From a virus, in the IMG/VR virus record IMGVR_UViG_3300037483_000453, positions 96,001-160,000 of that record: a DNA stretch of 64,000 bases; one strand, given 5' to 3'. The translations under genes were made by a program, and so were the position numbers. Position 1 is the stretch's first letter; each line of letters opens with the position of its first letter. Of the stretch, positions 1 through 9,597 are shown in pieces. Under the pieces are notes generated by a model, which did no database searches, was not told the origin of the DNA, and was given only the letters and a program-made list of their open reading frames with translations.

Positions 1-2
1 GC

Positions 3-266
3 TTGGCGGCACTCCAGGGGTACCGCCAAAGTCAGGGAGTCGAAGGGGCTCAACAGAACGTGGATCAGCTTGAGCGGGAACAGACGGGTAGCTTTGGTAA
101 GGCCCTAGATCTGGCCAAAGCCAAGAAGATCCTTGTCGAAAATGAGTTGGCGCAGGCTCACCCGGTGGCGTCCAACATCAAAAACCTGGTGGGTGGCGCC
201 CTAGGTGGTGCTGCTGTTGGTACAGCTGTCAAGCGGCTCTATGACACCACACAGAGGGTGCTCTAA
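3..266 (+). CDS. 3' end of a gene running in from the left edge; Gly/Ala-rich C-terminus (probable virion/internal protein)
   Basis: Open frame from the window edge to TAA at 264-266; GGALGGAAVG glycine-zipper-like segment like those of the neighbouring K-x-A proteins. Confidence 0.6.
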   Translation: MAALQGYRQSQGVEGAQQNVDQLEREQTGSFGKALDLAKAKKILVENELAQAHPVASNIKNLVGGALGGAAVGTAVKRLYDTTQRVL

Positions 267-284
267 AACTCGCAGGAGACGGTT

Positions 285-1184
285 ATGCTGGACTCATTTT
301 TGAAGGTTGCCTGTACAAACGAAGAGAAGACTGCCGAGCAGGCACGCCTCGTCGAAAAGATGAGGCAGCTACCTGAGGAGTATCTCCAGAAGCTTGCGTC
401 AGGTGAGGAGAAGTTGGCCTTTGGCTTCGACAAATGCGACGGTGATTGGCTGAGCCGCTTTAAGGGCACACCGCTTTTTGAGCAGGCCATCGAGCTTGAG
501 AAACAAGACCTGCAAGAGCAGATGGCCGAGCAGGCCCGATGGCGAGAAGACGACCTACTCCGGTCTCAGCGCAACGCTTCTCGCGATGAACTCAGTGTTC
601 AGAGGAAGATGCTCGAGCTTCAACTGGCTGAAGCTGAGGTTGGCGGCGGTGGGGAAGAGGAACTGCAGCCAGAGGCAAGCGAGCCACTGCCTCAAGAACC
701 AAGTGTGCAGGAGCCACCCGTATCGATACCTGTGGAAGAACCTGCAGAAGAAGCCGCAGGGCAGCCTCAGCCTGTGCAACAGCCTGCGCAGAACAACAAA
801 CCCACGGTTGATGTAAAGGTGGCCGCAGCTCATATGCGCTCGTCACTGGCTCTGCAGAACCTAGTAGGGAAGGAAGACCCGATGAAGACGGCCGAGGAGC
901 GCTTTTTAAAGCACGCCATAGGCCTCGGTATGCTGGCCAAGGGTGTCGGTGCCGCTGGTAAGAGTATCCTCGGAGCTGGTACCCAGGCTGCCAAGGCCAC
1001 CAAGGGCTTTGGTGGTTCGGGTGCACAGGCTGCCAAGATGGGCTTGGGTGCTGCCAAGGGTCAAGCAGGCAAGGTTCTACCTACAGTGGGCCGGGCAGCC
1101 AAGAGCTATGTGAAGTCCAATCCTATGCAGGCAGCTGGCATCGCAGGGGCGGCTGGCTTGGGAACGGGCTACGCATTGGGCTGA
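285..1184 (+). CDS. K-x-A repeat protein: acidic Pro/Glu linker and cationic Gly/Ala-rich C-terminal segment
   Basis: AGGAG at 274-278; motifs KVA, KTA, KLA, KLA, KVA, KTA, KHA; ends GIAGAAGLGTGYALG. Confidence 0.8.
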   Translation: MLDSFLKVACTNEEKTAEQARLVEKMRQLPEEYLQKLASGEEKLAFGFDKCDGDWLSRFKGTPLFEQAIELEKQDLQEQMAEQARWREDDLLRSQRNASRDELSVQRKMLELQLAEAEVGGGGEEELQPEASEPLPQEPSVQEPPVSIPVEEPAEEAAGQPQPVQQPAQNNKPTVDVKVAAAHMRSSLALQNLVGKEDPMKTAEERFLKHAIGLGMLAKGVGAAGKSILGAGTQAAKATKGFGGSGAQAAKMGLGAAKGQAGKVLPTVGRAAKSYVKSNPMQAAGIAGAAGLGTGYALG

Positions 1185-1185
1185 C

Positions 1186-2094
1186 ATGCCAGTTAACATC
1201 GATGTTCAACGACTGCGGGTGAGATCTCTCGATGTGGACTTTCATGAGATTTCTTGGGAACTCGCGTCAACGACAGAAGATGTTTTTGACTACACCTTTC
1301 AACTAACTCGGTCTGAAGGTCCCGAGGGCCCATATGAGCCCGTTACCCCAGAGCTCGAGGACAGCTACCTGTTCATCGACAACTTCATTCGACGTGACCA
1401 TGCGTATCGGAAGTTGTTCTATCGCATCCTTGTCAAGCACAAGGCGAGTGGTGACACCAAAGAATGGGGCCCTGTCACGCAGGAGGCAGAGGCAGACCTC
1501 ATAGCTACTGAGATCCGGAAGCACATGAACATCTTGTTCCGGGAGTTCGCTGGCCGTAGGTGCTGGGCGCTCCCTGCGCGTACCTTTGGGCAACGCTGTG
1601 CTGCTTGCTGGAATCCGACGCTACAAAAACGGAGGCACAGTGGTTGTGTCACATGCTATGACACAGGCTATACGCGGGGGTTCCACAGCCCCATAGAAGC
1701 GTGGGTGCAGTTCGATACGAATGCGAAGGCCGAACAGAACATGTCGGTAGGCCCCACCCAGCAGTCAAACACAACTGCGCGCCTTGGGTACTACCCACCT
1801 CTTAAGCCACGTGACATCATCATTGAAGGTGAGAACCGACGCTGGCGTGTGGTGCAAGTGAACATGACCGAGCAGCTACGGTCTACAATCCATCAAGAAG
1901 TTCAGCTGCATGAAATCCCCAAGTCTGACATCGAGTACAAGGTTAGCCTGGACTTGGGTACTGCCCTGAAGGATATGTGGCTGTCTCCTGCACGTAACTT
2001 CACCAACCCTCACAATCTGGGCAACTTCAAGAATGAAGAGATCCCAGACACCTTTGCAATCTACCCAACGTCTTACCCACCACGCAGAACATGA
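1186..2094 (+). CDS. putative neck/head-closure protein with a Zn-binding insert
   Basis: CAAC...CVTCYDTG Cys cluster; C-terminal PLKPRDIIIEGENRRWRVVQV resembles head-closure beta-barrel proteins; lies upstream of terminator and sheath genes. Confidence 0.45.
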   Translation: MPVNIDVQRLRVRSLDVDFHEISWELASTTEDVFDYTFQLTRSEGPEGPYEPVTPELEDSYLFIDNFIRRDHAYRKLFYRILVKHKASGDTKEWGPVTQEAEADLIATEIRKHMNILFREFAGRRCWALPARTFGQRCAACWNPTLQKRRHSGCVTCYDTGYTRGFHSPIEAWVQFDTNAKAEQNMSVGPTQQSNTTARLGYYPPLKPRDIIIEGENRRWRVVQVNMTEQLRSTIHQEVQLHEIPKSDIEYKVSLDLGTALKDMWLSPARNFTNPHNLGNFKNEEIPDTFAIYPTSYPPRRT

Positions 2095-2543
2095 AACTCA
2101 GTATCGAAATAGCGTGTGTTGGGCACATTGCCGACATGATAAAGCGGGCTCAACCAGGGTCTGCTGAGGTACCTACCGGTCCGAAAGAGCCGGACTACGC
2201 TCAGGTGCTGAAGAACATCGCCAAGCGTAAGGCCCTTGTGACGGCTAAGGAGGTTGGCGCCATCACACTGCCTATGGCTGCTGGCCTGGGGGCAGGTATG
2301 GGTTATGAGAAGTTCATGAAGAGCCGGGGGCGTAGCCCAGGTCCAGGTGCTCGCAAGATTATGGCTTTTGGGGCTCTCCCAATGGTTGGTTTTACTGCCG
2401 CAGCCGCCTACCGGGGTGCCAAAGACCTCAAGGAGAACGAGTTTACCAGGATTCGCGATGAAGAGATGGGTAAGTATGACCAGGCTATGCGCGACTACAA
2501 AGCCCAGTTGCAGCGCCGTCCTGATCCCGAGGGCCTGCCGTGA
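2091..2543 (+). CDS. small protein with KRA motif and two hydrophobic Gly-rich helices
   Basis: ATGA overlap with the upstream gene; AAGLGAGMG and AFGALPMVGFTAAAAY segments. Confidence 0.7.
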   Translation: MKLSIEIACVGHIADMIKRAQPGSAEVPTGPKEPDYAQVLKNIAKRKALVTAKEVGAITLPMAAGLGAGMGYEKFMKSRGRSPGPGARKIMAFGALPMVGFTAAAAYRGAKDLKENEFTRIRDEEMGKYDQAMRDYKAQLQRRPDPEGLP

Positions 2544-3451
2544 GCTCAAGCATCAATGAGACAAGTAGCCGGGGGTTTGAGGGCAGTAGCTTTCGCCATA
2601 CGCCACTCGAGCAGGTTCGCACACTTGTCATTAGCTTTGTGCAGGGACTCTTCAATGGGTCACCAGTGGGTAGCTACCACTTTGAGTTCGATGAGGAGAA
2701 CACAGAGATCATCATTCGTGATGAGAACCCCATCAACGTGGAACAAATCGGGCAACGGCCAGCCGTTAACTTCACGATGGGACAAGTCAGCTTCTACAAC
2801 GTCGGCATGGACGACCTGATTGACTACGACTTTTCTATCGCCAAGAAGACCAAGGGAGTTTTGGTTCCCGGAACCATCAGTGTCAACGTAAGTTCTCGTT
2901 CGGATATCGAGGCCCATAACTTGGCCTGGGTTATTGGAGAACACATCTGGCTGCTACGTGAACTTCTGCTTAGGCAGGGATTCTTTGAGATTGGTCGTGG
3001 CATCAATATTACCCCCCCTACAGCTGCGGGTAGTATTGTGTCAGGAGACCAATCCGATGAGTGGGTTGTCTCCACCATCAGTGTGCCGTGGCAGTTTGCT
3101 CGCAAGTCCGCATTTACTCCGCTAGGCCAGAAGATTGTTGACAATATTGTGGCCTTTGTAGACGTGAACCCTGCGAAGCGAGTCGAGTCAGCAGGCTGGC
3201 CATACCACCCAAGCGGGATGCCCTATAGCATCCAAGAGTGCTTTCCACCGTCATTTGCACCCTTGGCTTCTGATGTGGGCAGTAGGGATAGATCACTGCC
3301 ACTTGTGCCACACCCACTGAACCCATCGAAAACAGTAACCATCAGAACTGTTCGTCCATACCGCGCAGGTTTGCGAATGTCTTCGGCTGGAAGAGCACCG
3401 GCGCTTCCCATAGATGGCCGCTGCGTGGAAGAATCTGAAGTCGCTACGTGA
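2540..3451 (+). CDS. putative tail terminator/completion protein
   Basis: GTG start overlapping the upstream stop; immediately precedes the sheath; alternating beta/alpha pattern (RPAVNFTMG...TISVNVSSRSDIEAHNLAWVI). Confidence 0.45.
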   Translation: MSSSINETSSRGFEGSSFRHTPLEQVRTLVISFVQGLFNGSPVGSYHFEFDEENTEIIIRDENPINVEQIGQRPAVNFTMGQVSFYNVGMDDLIDYDFSIAKKTKGVLVPGTISVNVSSRSDIEAHNLAWVIGEHIWLLRELLLRQGFFEIGRGINITPPTAAGSIVSGDQSDEWVVSTISVPWQFARKSAFTPLGQKIVDNIVAFVDVNPAKRVESAGWPYHPSGMPYSIQECFPPSFAPLASDVGSRDRSLPLVPHPLNPSKTVTIRTVRPYRAGLRMSSAGRAPALPIDGRCVEESEVAT

Positions 3452-3466
3452 TGAAAGGGGCCCGAG

Positions 3467-6400
3467 ATGGCTGCTGAGCTTCCACAACCCGGGGTTGAGA
3501 TTATCCAGGAGTTTCGTTCGGTTACCCCGACGATTCTCACTCCTACTCTTGTCCCCTGCACCATCGGCGTCGCAAAGCAGATCGTGGACCTTCTGGTCGA
3601 CGACGGTTCTGGCTCATCGTCGCTGAATACTGACGCAATTGTCTCGATGCCCGGCTCTATCGTGTCTCTGCCAGGCGCTGGGGACCCGGTCGTCTATGGC
3701 GGCCTAGATGGGCTAACCCTTGCGGTGTCCATCAATAATGGGCCAGCGGTGAGCACGGTGTTTGCAGATCCTACTGCATCTGGACTCACGCCAGCTACTA
3801 TCGTCTCTCAAATCTCGGCTGCATTCACTGCTGCAGGAGTGACCGCGGCACTCGTTGAAGTGGTCGGTGACACCACCTGGCAGATGCGCACCGTGGGTGT
3901 AGGAGAGTTCCAGTTCATCGACGTTGCCTCTACCACAGGTGCTGCAGTTGCCAGCGCCTTTGGTATCGGCATTGGCAGGCGCTACCAGGGCATCAGCAAC
4001 TACAACAACCTCATCGTAGTAGTTCCTCAGGCTGCTTTTCCTGACCCGCGAGGTAACCTCGACGAGCTAGCCATTGAGAATAGTACTATCCAGGTTTTCG
4101 TTGGCGTGGGTAACGGTGGCTTCCGTGAGGCACTTAGGGATTCAGCATTCCTTAGCAACGGCTCAGCGCAAGTCCCTGCAGTGACCACCGAAGGCACCGT
4201 CGATTTGGTGCTAGCTTTTCCGGCTATTACAACGGAGACACTCGAGGTCAAAGTTAACGGTGGCGCCACCCAGACTGTGACGTTCTCTACTCCTGCGAAC
4301 GCAGCAGCGGTGCTTTCTCAGATTACCGGCCAGGTCACCGGCCTAGTCCCAACGCTCGGCACGGGTACCCCTGATGGGTTGGTACTGACAAGCGTTGTTT
4401 TGGGTGCTGCTGCGAGCATTGAGATTGTGGGTGGTACCGCCTTGACTCCGCTTGGCCTGATCGCAGAGACCGTGGTGGGTACATCTCTTGAAGCTATCGA
4501 TGATGGCAATGGTGACGCGGTTACCAGCCTGGTGCGCTTCGAGGGAGCAGACTTCACCGCTGCCCCAACGGCAGCGGTGGTTACCGGTTCTGGCGGCACC
4601 TTTGTGTTGGTCACCGGTGGTACGCTGATTGTGAGCGATGGTAACCAGATTCAAACCATCACACTTGTGGCCGGGGACGCACTGGCGGCTGTTGTTACCA
4701 AGATCAATGCTGTCATGGGGGCTGGTGCTGGCGGCCGATTGGTTGCAGCAGATGCTGGCGGTGAGCTTGAGCTGACTCACACCATCTTGGGTACCGACTC
4801 CTACATCGACATTCGTGGTGGCACGGCTGTGACCGAGCTTGGGCTGACCGTGGGTGTTACCTACGGCCCTACCCCTTCACTACCCAAGCCCGGCGACGAG
4901 CTGTGGATAGACGGTATCTTCCTTGGAGAGGTTTCCGAGGTGGCACCGGGTGGCGACGTGGACGTGCTGAGAGTCTCTGTTCAGAGCACCATTACGGCCA
5001 ACCTGGGAACCTACTATCACTTGGTTGCCAAGCGCTTGGATGGGCTTGATCCTTTGCGCCCGGCAGCCGACCTCATCGTGGACGGTAATGGTAACGCAGT
5101 TCTCAAGCACGAGCAGCTGCGCAACACGCCCCAGGGCGACGCTATTACGGCAACTGGTCCGATCTACCTCTCGTATGTTGCTGTCCGTAAAGACGTCACT
5201 TCAAGTGCGAAGCAGCCAGGTCTACTTCGTTTTGATGATACGACGCAGCTTGAGGCAGCCTTGTCGCCCATCAATGCCGAGAACCCCTTGGCTCTAGGCT
5301 TGTTTTTCTCGTTGCTCGGTGCTCCGGGTATCCAGTGTACCGGGCTTGGTGTTGATGCGGTGAGTGCCGACTCTCCCTTTGGTACGGTGGAGGCATTCAC
5401 GCGGGCTGCCGAGTATCTCGAGGGTTACGAGGTCTACGCGCTAGCGCCGCTGTCTCATGAAGAGACTGTTCACCAGGTCTTTGCGTCACACGTCTCTGCC
5501 CTCAGTTCTCCTGAACTCAAGGGCGAGCGTGTGGTTCTCGTCAACCCGTCGGTCCCCACCTACCGTGTGGATACCTTGGTCGCTTCGGGGACCGACGGGG
5601 CTACCGTGGGCCCAACAGGGCTGTCTTTTGATACCAAGGTGGCCAACCTCAGCGCGCTTATTCAAGCACAAGGGATTAGCCCTGTTGGCACCATCCCAGC
5701 TAGCAAGAACCTGTTCCTTGATATTGGTAGTGACGCAAAGCACTACTCCATAGCGACGGTGACAGGCTCTATCGTGGGCCTCCGGGTCACTTTCGCCTCG
5801 GGCGAGAATGACGATGCATATTTCTCCACCACAGATCTCAATGACCCACCATTGGGTGCAGCTCTTGTAGATGAGGCGTTCTCGATCAAGGTGCGTGGGT
5901 TGCCTCTGCAGACGGCGGCAGGCAAAGACTTTACGGGTATCGCGGAAACTGTGGCGGCCGTCGGTAGGAGTTATAGCAACCGCCGTCTATGGATGACTTT
6001 TCCAGATCAGTGTGCTGCGTCCATTGGGGGCATTGAGCAGATCATCGATGGGTTCTACATCAACGCGGCTGTAGCCGGGATGATCGGCCAGAACCCGCCC
6101 CAGCAGTCATTCACCAACTTTCCAATCCCAGGCTTCACCCGGGTTTTGGGATCGAATGATACCTTCAATGCAAGCCAGCTGAATATCATGGCTGGTGGTG
6201 GTAGCTGGATCTATGTACAGGAGGCTCAAGGAGCCCCCTTGCTTTCACGGATGGCACTAACTACCGACCTGACATCCATTGAGACTCGAACTGACTCCAT
6301 TACCAAGGTGGTGGACTACGCGGCGAAGTTCATGCGTGCGTCGCTACGTAACTTCATCGGTCGATTCAACATTACCCAGGGCTTCTTGGACTCGCTTGGG

Positions 6401-6568
6401 GCAGTCATCCAAGGCGTGCTCGGGCTGCTCGTTGAAACAGGTGTGCTTATTGGCGGCACCCTCAACAACATCATCCAGGACGAAGACGCACCAGACACGG
6501 TGCTTATCGACGTTACTCTGGATGTTCCGTTCCCCGCAAACTACATTAGGCTCACGTTGGTTATCTGA
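3467..6568 (+). CDS. contractile tail sheath protein, 1033 aa with inserted domains
   Basis: Sheath-type N-terminus (PGVEIIQEF) and C-terminus (ITKVVDYAAKFMRASLRNFIGRFN...APDTVLIDVTLDVPFPANYIRLTLVI). Confidence 0.9.
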   Translation: MAAELPQPGVEIIQEFRSVTPTILTPTLVPCTIGVAKQIVDLLVDDGSGSSSLNTDAIVSMPGSIVSLPGAGDPVVYGGLDGLTLAVSINNGPAVSTVFADPTASGLTPATIVSQISAAFTAAGVTAALVEVVGDTTWQMRTVGVGEFQFIDVASTTGAAVASAFGIGIGRRYQGISNYNNLIVVVPQAAFPDPRGNLDELAIENSTIQVFVGVGNGGFREALRDSAFLSNGSAQVPAVTTEGTVDLVLAFPAITTETLEVKVNGGATQTVTFSTPANAAAVLSQITGQVTGLVPTLGTGTPDGLVLTSVVLGAAASIEIVGGTALTPLGLIAETVVGTSLEAIDDGNGDAVTSLVRFEGADFTAAPTAAVVTGSGGTFVLVTGGTLIVSDGNQIQTITLVAGDALAAVVTKINAVMGAGAGGRLVAADAGGELELTHTILGTDSYIDIRGGTAVTELGLTVGVTYGPTPSLPKPGDELWIDGIFLGEVSEVAPGGDVDVLRVSVQSTITANLGTYYHLVAKRLDGLDPLRPAADLIVDGNGNAVLKHEQLRNTPQGDAITATGPIYLSYVAVRKDVTSSAKQPGLLRFDDTTQLEAALSPINAENPLALGLFFSLLGAPGIQCTGLGVDAVSADSPFGTVEAFTRAAEYLEGYEVYALAPLSHEETVHQVFASHVSALSSPELKGERVVLVNPSVPTYRVDTLVASGTDGATVGPTGLSFDTKVANLSALIQAQGISPVGTIPASKNLFLDIGSDAKHYSIATVTGSIVGLRVTFASGENDDAYFSTTDLNDPPLGAALVDEAFSIKVRGLPLQTAAGKDFTGIAETVAAVGRSYSNRRLWMTFPDQCAASIGGIEQIIDGFYINAAVAGMIGQNPPQQSFTNFPIPGFTRVLGSNDTFNASQLNIMAGGGSWIYVQEAQGAPLLSRMALTTDLTSIETRTDSITKVVDYAAKFMRASLRNFIGRFNITQGFLDSLGAVIQGVLGLLVETGVLIGGTLNNIIQDEDAPDTVLIDVTLDVPFPANYIRLTLVI

Positions 6569-6632
6569 AATGATACTTCGTATGTAAAGTGAAAATGAGG
6601 GCCTACTCAACGTTGTTGGAACGGCTTAAGCC

Positions 6633-7073
6633 ATGAACATAGGATACATACGGAAGGTAGCTGAGCTAGAACGAGGCAGGAGTGCGCTTGATGAGCTCAC
6701 TGCTGGGCCGACTACCCCTCTCGATGACGTGTTTTTGCACAAGGCTGCCAGTGCCGAAGACCCTGAGTTGCTTCGTATCGCTGAGCACATGGGTGGGGAC
6801 CCCCTTGCCAACTATGAAAACCTAGGTGGCACGTTCAAAAAGCAAGCGTTCGGTACGCCGATGTTCCAGGCATCTGCTGCACCAGATCCGGTTGTTCAAG
6901 CTGCCGGTGTAACAGCAGGGCTAAAGAGCCCCACATCTGCGCCGTCAGGGCCCAGACCACCTTCATCTAGGGGCTCTGCCATGGGTGGTGGTTCAAGCGT
7001 GCCGAGTTCGGTGCCGCAGCCAAGTGCACCCAGTATTTCAGGTGCGGCTGGCCAGGGTGCAGGGAGCCAGTAG
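6633..7073 (+). CDS. K-x-A motif protein with Pro/Ser/Gly-rich tail
   Basis: KVA, KAA and KQAFG motifs; lies between sheath and tube. Confidence 0.7.
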   Translation: MNIGYIRKVAELERGRSALDELTAGPTTPLDDVFLHKAASAEDPELLRIAEHMGGDPLANYENLGGTFKKQAFGTPMFQASAAPDPVVQAAGVTAGLKSPTSAPSGPRPPSSRGSAMGGGSSVPSSVPQPSAPSISGAAGQGAGSQ

Positions 7074-7101
7074 GGTATACTTACCCTGAGGAGATCGGAT
7101 C

Positions 7102-7887
7102 ATGGCAGGCAACTTCAGCGAATGGGCGCCCTATACCAACTATGTGCAGTCGGGCATGGTGGATGGAGCGTACGCCAATGCGGGCTTCACGATGTTGGCA
7201 GCGGGCCCCCCTCGCATTGCGAATATCGGGGGAGCAGCTAACCTGGCTTCTGCCACGAGTGGGGCTGGCACGGGGGCCGATCAAATCGTGCATCCCATCG
7301 GTATTGTGCAGAACTTCAATCTGTCACATACGCGCCAGTTCAGCCGAATCTTTGAGATTGGCTCAGAGCGTAGTTACTTCATCTCTGGTAGGGCTGTGGG
7401 CCAGCTTGGCCTAGCACGTATCTACTATCATGGTGCGTCGCTGTTGCGCGTCTTGTATGCGTATTACCAAGACTTGATCCCACCTACGCTGGTGCCAGCT
7501 ATGTGGCCCAACAGTGGTGCTGCAACGCAGAGCAATCCACACGATGTCATCATTCCACCGGGCTATGAGAACATCTACCTCAACTTGGCATCCGACCTGT
7601 TTGCACAGCCCATTGGCATCATGATGTACATCCGTGACATCAACCAGGACACCCTGGGTGCGATGTACTTTGAGGCGTGCTACCTGCCCAACCATTCGTG
7701 GCAGACCGATAGTCAAGGTGTGCTGATCCAGGAATCGGTGGCCGTACAGTTCGAGCGGGGGGTGCCTGTAGGTGTAAGCGCCCTGAGCCTTATTGGTGCT
7801 GCGGACCCCAACGCAGGTGGTGCGAATATCGCCGACACCTTCTTGCCATCAGGCGAGCAGAAGTTCGCTCTACCGAATGCAGGCTAG
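7102..7887 (+). CDS. tail tube protein
   Basis: GAGGAG RBS; PIGIVQNFNLSHTRQFSRIFEIGSERSYFISG and the C-terminal QESVAVQFER fit myovirus tube proteins; downstream of sheath. Confidence 0.75.
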   Translation: MAGNFSEWAPYTNYVQSGMVDGAYANAGFTMLAAGPPRIANIGGAANLASATSGAGTGADQIVHPIGIVQNFNLSHTRQFSRIFEIGSERSYFISGRAVGQLGLARIYYHGASLLRVLYAYYQDLIPPTLVPAMWPNSGAATQSNPHDVIIPPGYENIYLNLASDLFAQPIGIMMYIRDINQDTLGAMYFEACYLPNHSWQTDSQGVLIQESVAVQFERGVPVGVSALSLIGAADPNAGGANIADTFLPSGEQKFALPNAG

Positions 7888-7890
7888 TAG

Positions 7891-8259
7891 ATGGCTACTG
7901 CATTCTCATTGCAAGGCTCTTTCGATTACCCGCCTGATGATGGGGAGCCAGTTGCTAAGCGTCCCTACAGCCAGTCGGGTAGCTTCGACTCGAAGTCTGA
8001 GCAGGACCTCGATCTAACCGGCAGTGGTACCGTGGCAGTTGGTTTTGGTACCGTGGCTGCTGCCAAGGCTATGGTTGTTGAAGTGGCTACGACATCACTG
8101 GGGCCAGTCAATCTTCGCGTCAACGGTGGCTCGGATGACATCGAGGTGGCCCCGGGTGGCTTTTGGGCCTACTCAAATCCAGCACCAAGCGCCGGTGTTA
8201 CCTCTATGAGTATCGTCCACACGACGGATGCAAGGGTACAGGTTCGACTTCTAGGGTAG
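7891..8259 (+). CDS. small beta-rich hypothetical (possibly virion) protein
   Basis: Contiguous with the tube gene; Gly/Val/Thr-rich. Confidence 0.65.
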   Translation: MATAFSLQGSFDYPPDDGEPVAKRPYSQSGSFDSKSEQDLDLTGSGTVAVGFGTVAAAKAMVVEVATTSLGPVNLRVNGGSDDIEVAPGGFWAYSNPAPSAGVTSMSIVHTTDARVQVRLLG

Positions 8260-8266
8260 GTGCAGT

Positions 8267-8647
8267 ATGCCGTTGCTGTTGGATGGAGGAGCGGCAGGGA
8301 CCGCACTAAGCGTCGTCCAACCGGCACTGTCTATGTTGGAGAAGTCTGTCATTGGCTCGGTCTTACTGCTTGCATTGGCAGCTGCTGTTGCTTCCATCAC
8401 GCTAGCTTTGCGCGTCCAAAATGCACGTGTGGCTGACCAGAAGGAAGCGTCTGAGCGCCTCGAGAAGACGCATACCAAGATGGTGGAAGCGTTTGGCAAG
8501 TTCAAGGGTACGCTTGAGTCTCTAGAGAAGTCAGAGGCGACGAGTCAGCAGGTACTGACATCGTTGGGCCGGGAGGTCTCCGGCTTGTCTGGCAGGGTGG
8601 ACCTGATGATTGCGATTAACGGTCAACAGCGGGGAGGTGGCACATGA
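8267..8647 (+). CDS. membrane protein, TM helix plus coiled coil (holin-like)
   Basis: VIGSVLLLALAAAVASITLAL followed by a heptad-like helix. Confidence 0.5.
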   Translation: MPLLLDGGAAGTALSVVQPALSMLEKSVIGSVLLLALAAAVASITLALRVQNARVADQKEASERLEKTHTKMVEAFGKFKGTLESLEKSEATSQQVLTSLGREVSGLSGRVDLMIAINGQQRGGGT

Positions 8648-8889
8648 TCGACGTAGTCCCCTCGTTCATTCTACGGTTGATGGGGAAAGCCCCTGAGCAG
8701 AAGGAGGCAGAGCGGCAGTTTCGCCGAAGTCTCGAGCAGCATGAGCAGTCCGAAAAAGACTTGGATGACATTCTAGGTAGGCTGCACAGCCTCAATATAT
8801 GGGCTAAGAAGAGTGTTGAGCACAACAGGTCCCTTGTGCCGCCAAGGTCCGACCACACCCCTATCCCTGGGTCCGTTACGGGTGGATGA
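8644..8889 (+). CDS. hypothetical protein
   Basis: ATGA overlap; GGGAGG RBS; helical composition. Confidence 0.6.
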   Translation: MIDVVPSFILRLMGKAPEQKEAERQFRRSLEQHEQSEKDLDDILGRLHSLNIWAKKSVEHNRSLVPPRSDHTPIPGSVTGG

Positions 8890-8925
8890 CTGGGCATGTG
8901 CTGAGTATTAAGGCACACTATTGCT

Positions 8926-9597
8926 ATGCCCTCTGACAGCAAACGGCCACCGCCTACTCCACTGCGGCCCAGCCAGCTGCAGCTAGCTAACAAGACCATG
9001 TCTCAGACGTTGGAGGACCTAACCGATCCCCACGGTCCCCTCTACCTGCTAGTTGCTGAAGTTAGGGCAGGCAACCAGCTCACAGTTGAGAGCAACAGGT
9101 TGGCTCTCTCCAATCAACGCCGGCTAAGCTTTGCCCAGGTTGGTCTGTTGCTATGCCTATGCGGTATTGGGTTGAGTGCTTGGTATGTGGACGAGACAGT
9201 GGTGAAGCTCAAGGAGCTGCAGGAGCTACAGGACCAGCAGGCCGAGGTGACCATGTCCTTTGTGAACCTGATTCAAGAAACTGAGGCTAAAGTTGAGGCT
9301 ACCCAGAAGTTGATCAACAGTGCCCCAAAGGTTATTTCAGATAACAAGGGCGGTCTCGTTGTGGTGGCCACTATTGCAGACTCTACCTCTATCGAGGTGG
9401 TAGATGTGCCCAAGGCTCCTAGGGGCCCAGTCAAGCGTACTACTGCTGGTGCTGCCAGGGCAGCTAACGGGTGGGATGAGGTACAGGATATGATTGACAA
9501 CACCGCCAGGGCGAAGAGCATCAGTGCGGGTAAGCCTCAGCTTGAGCAGCAGCTTCTTGAGATCCCGCTGCAGGTGAAAAAGGCTCAGATGAGATGA
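8926..9597 (+). CDS. membrane-anchored coiled-coil protein
   Basis: TM segment VGLLLCLCGIGLSAWYV followed by a Q/E/L coiled coil. Confidence 0.6.
   Translation: MPSDSKRPPPTPLRPSQLQLANKTMSQTLEDLTDPHGPLYLLVAEVRAGNQLTVESNRLALSNQRRLSFAQVGLLLCLCGIGLSAWYVDETVVKLKELQELQDQQAEVTMSFVNLIQETEAKVEATQKLINSAPKVISDNKGGLVVVATIADSTSIEVVDVPKAPRGPVKRTTAGAARAANGWDEVQDMIDNTARAKSISAGKPQLEQQLLEIPLQVKKAQMR

Noticed and set aside
1600-1680. DnaJ-type zinc finger
   Set aside because: Only two CxxC units, no CxxCxGxG repeats and no J-domain HPD motif
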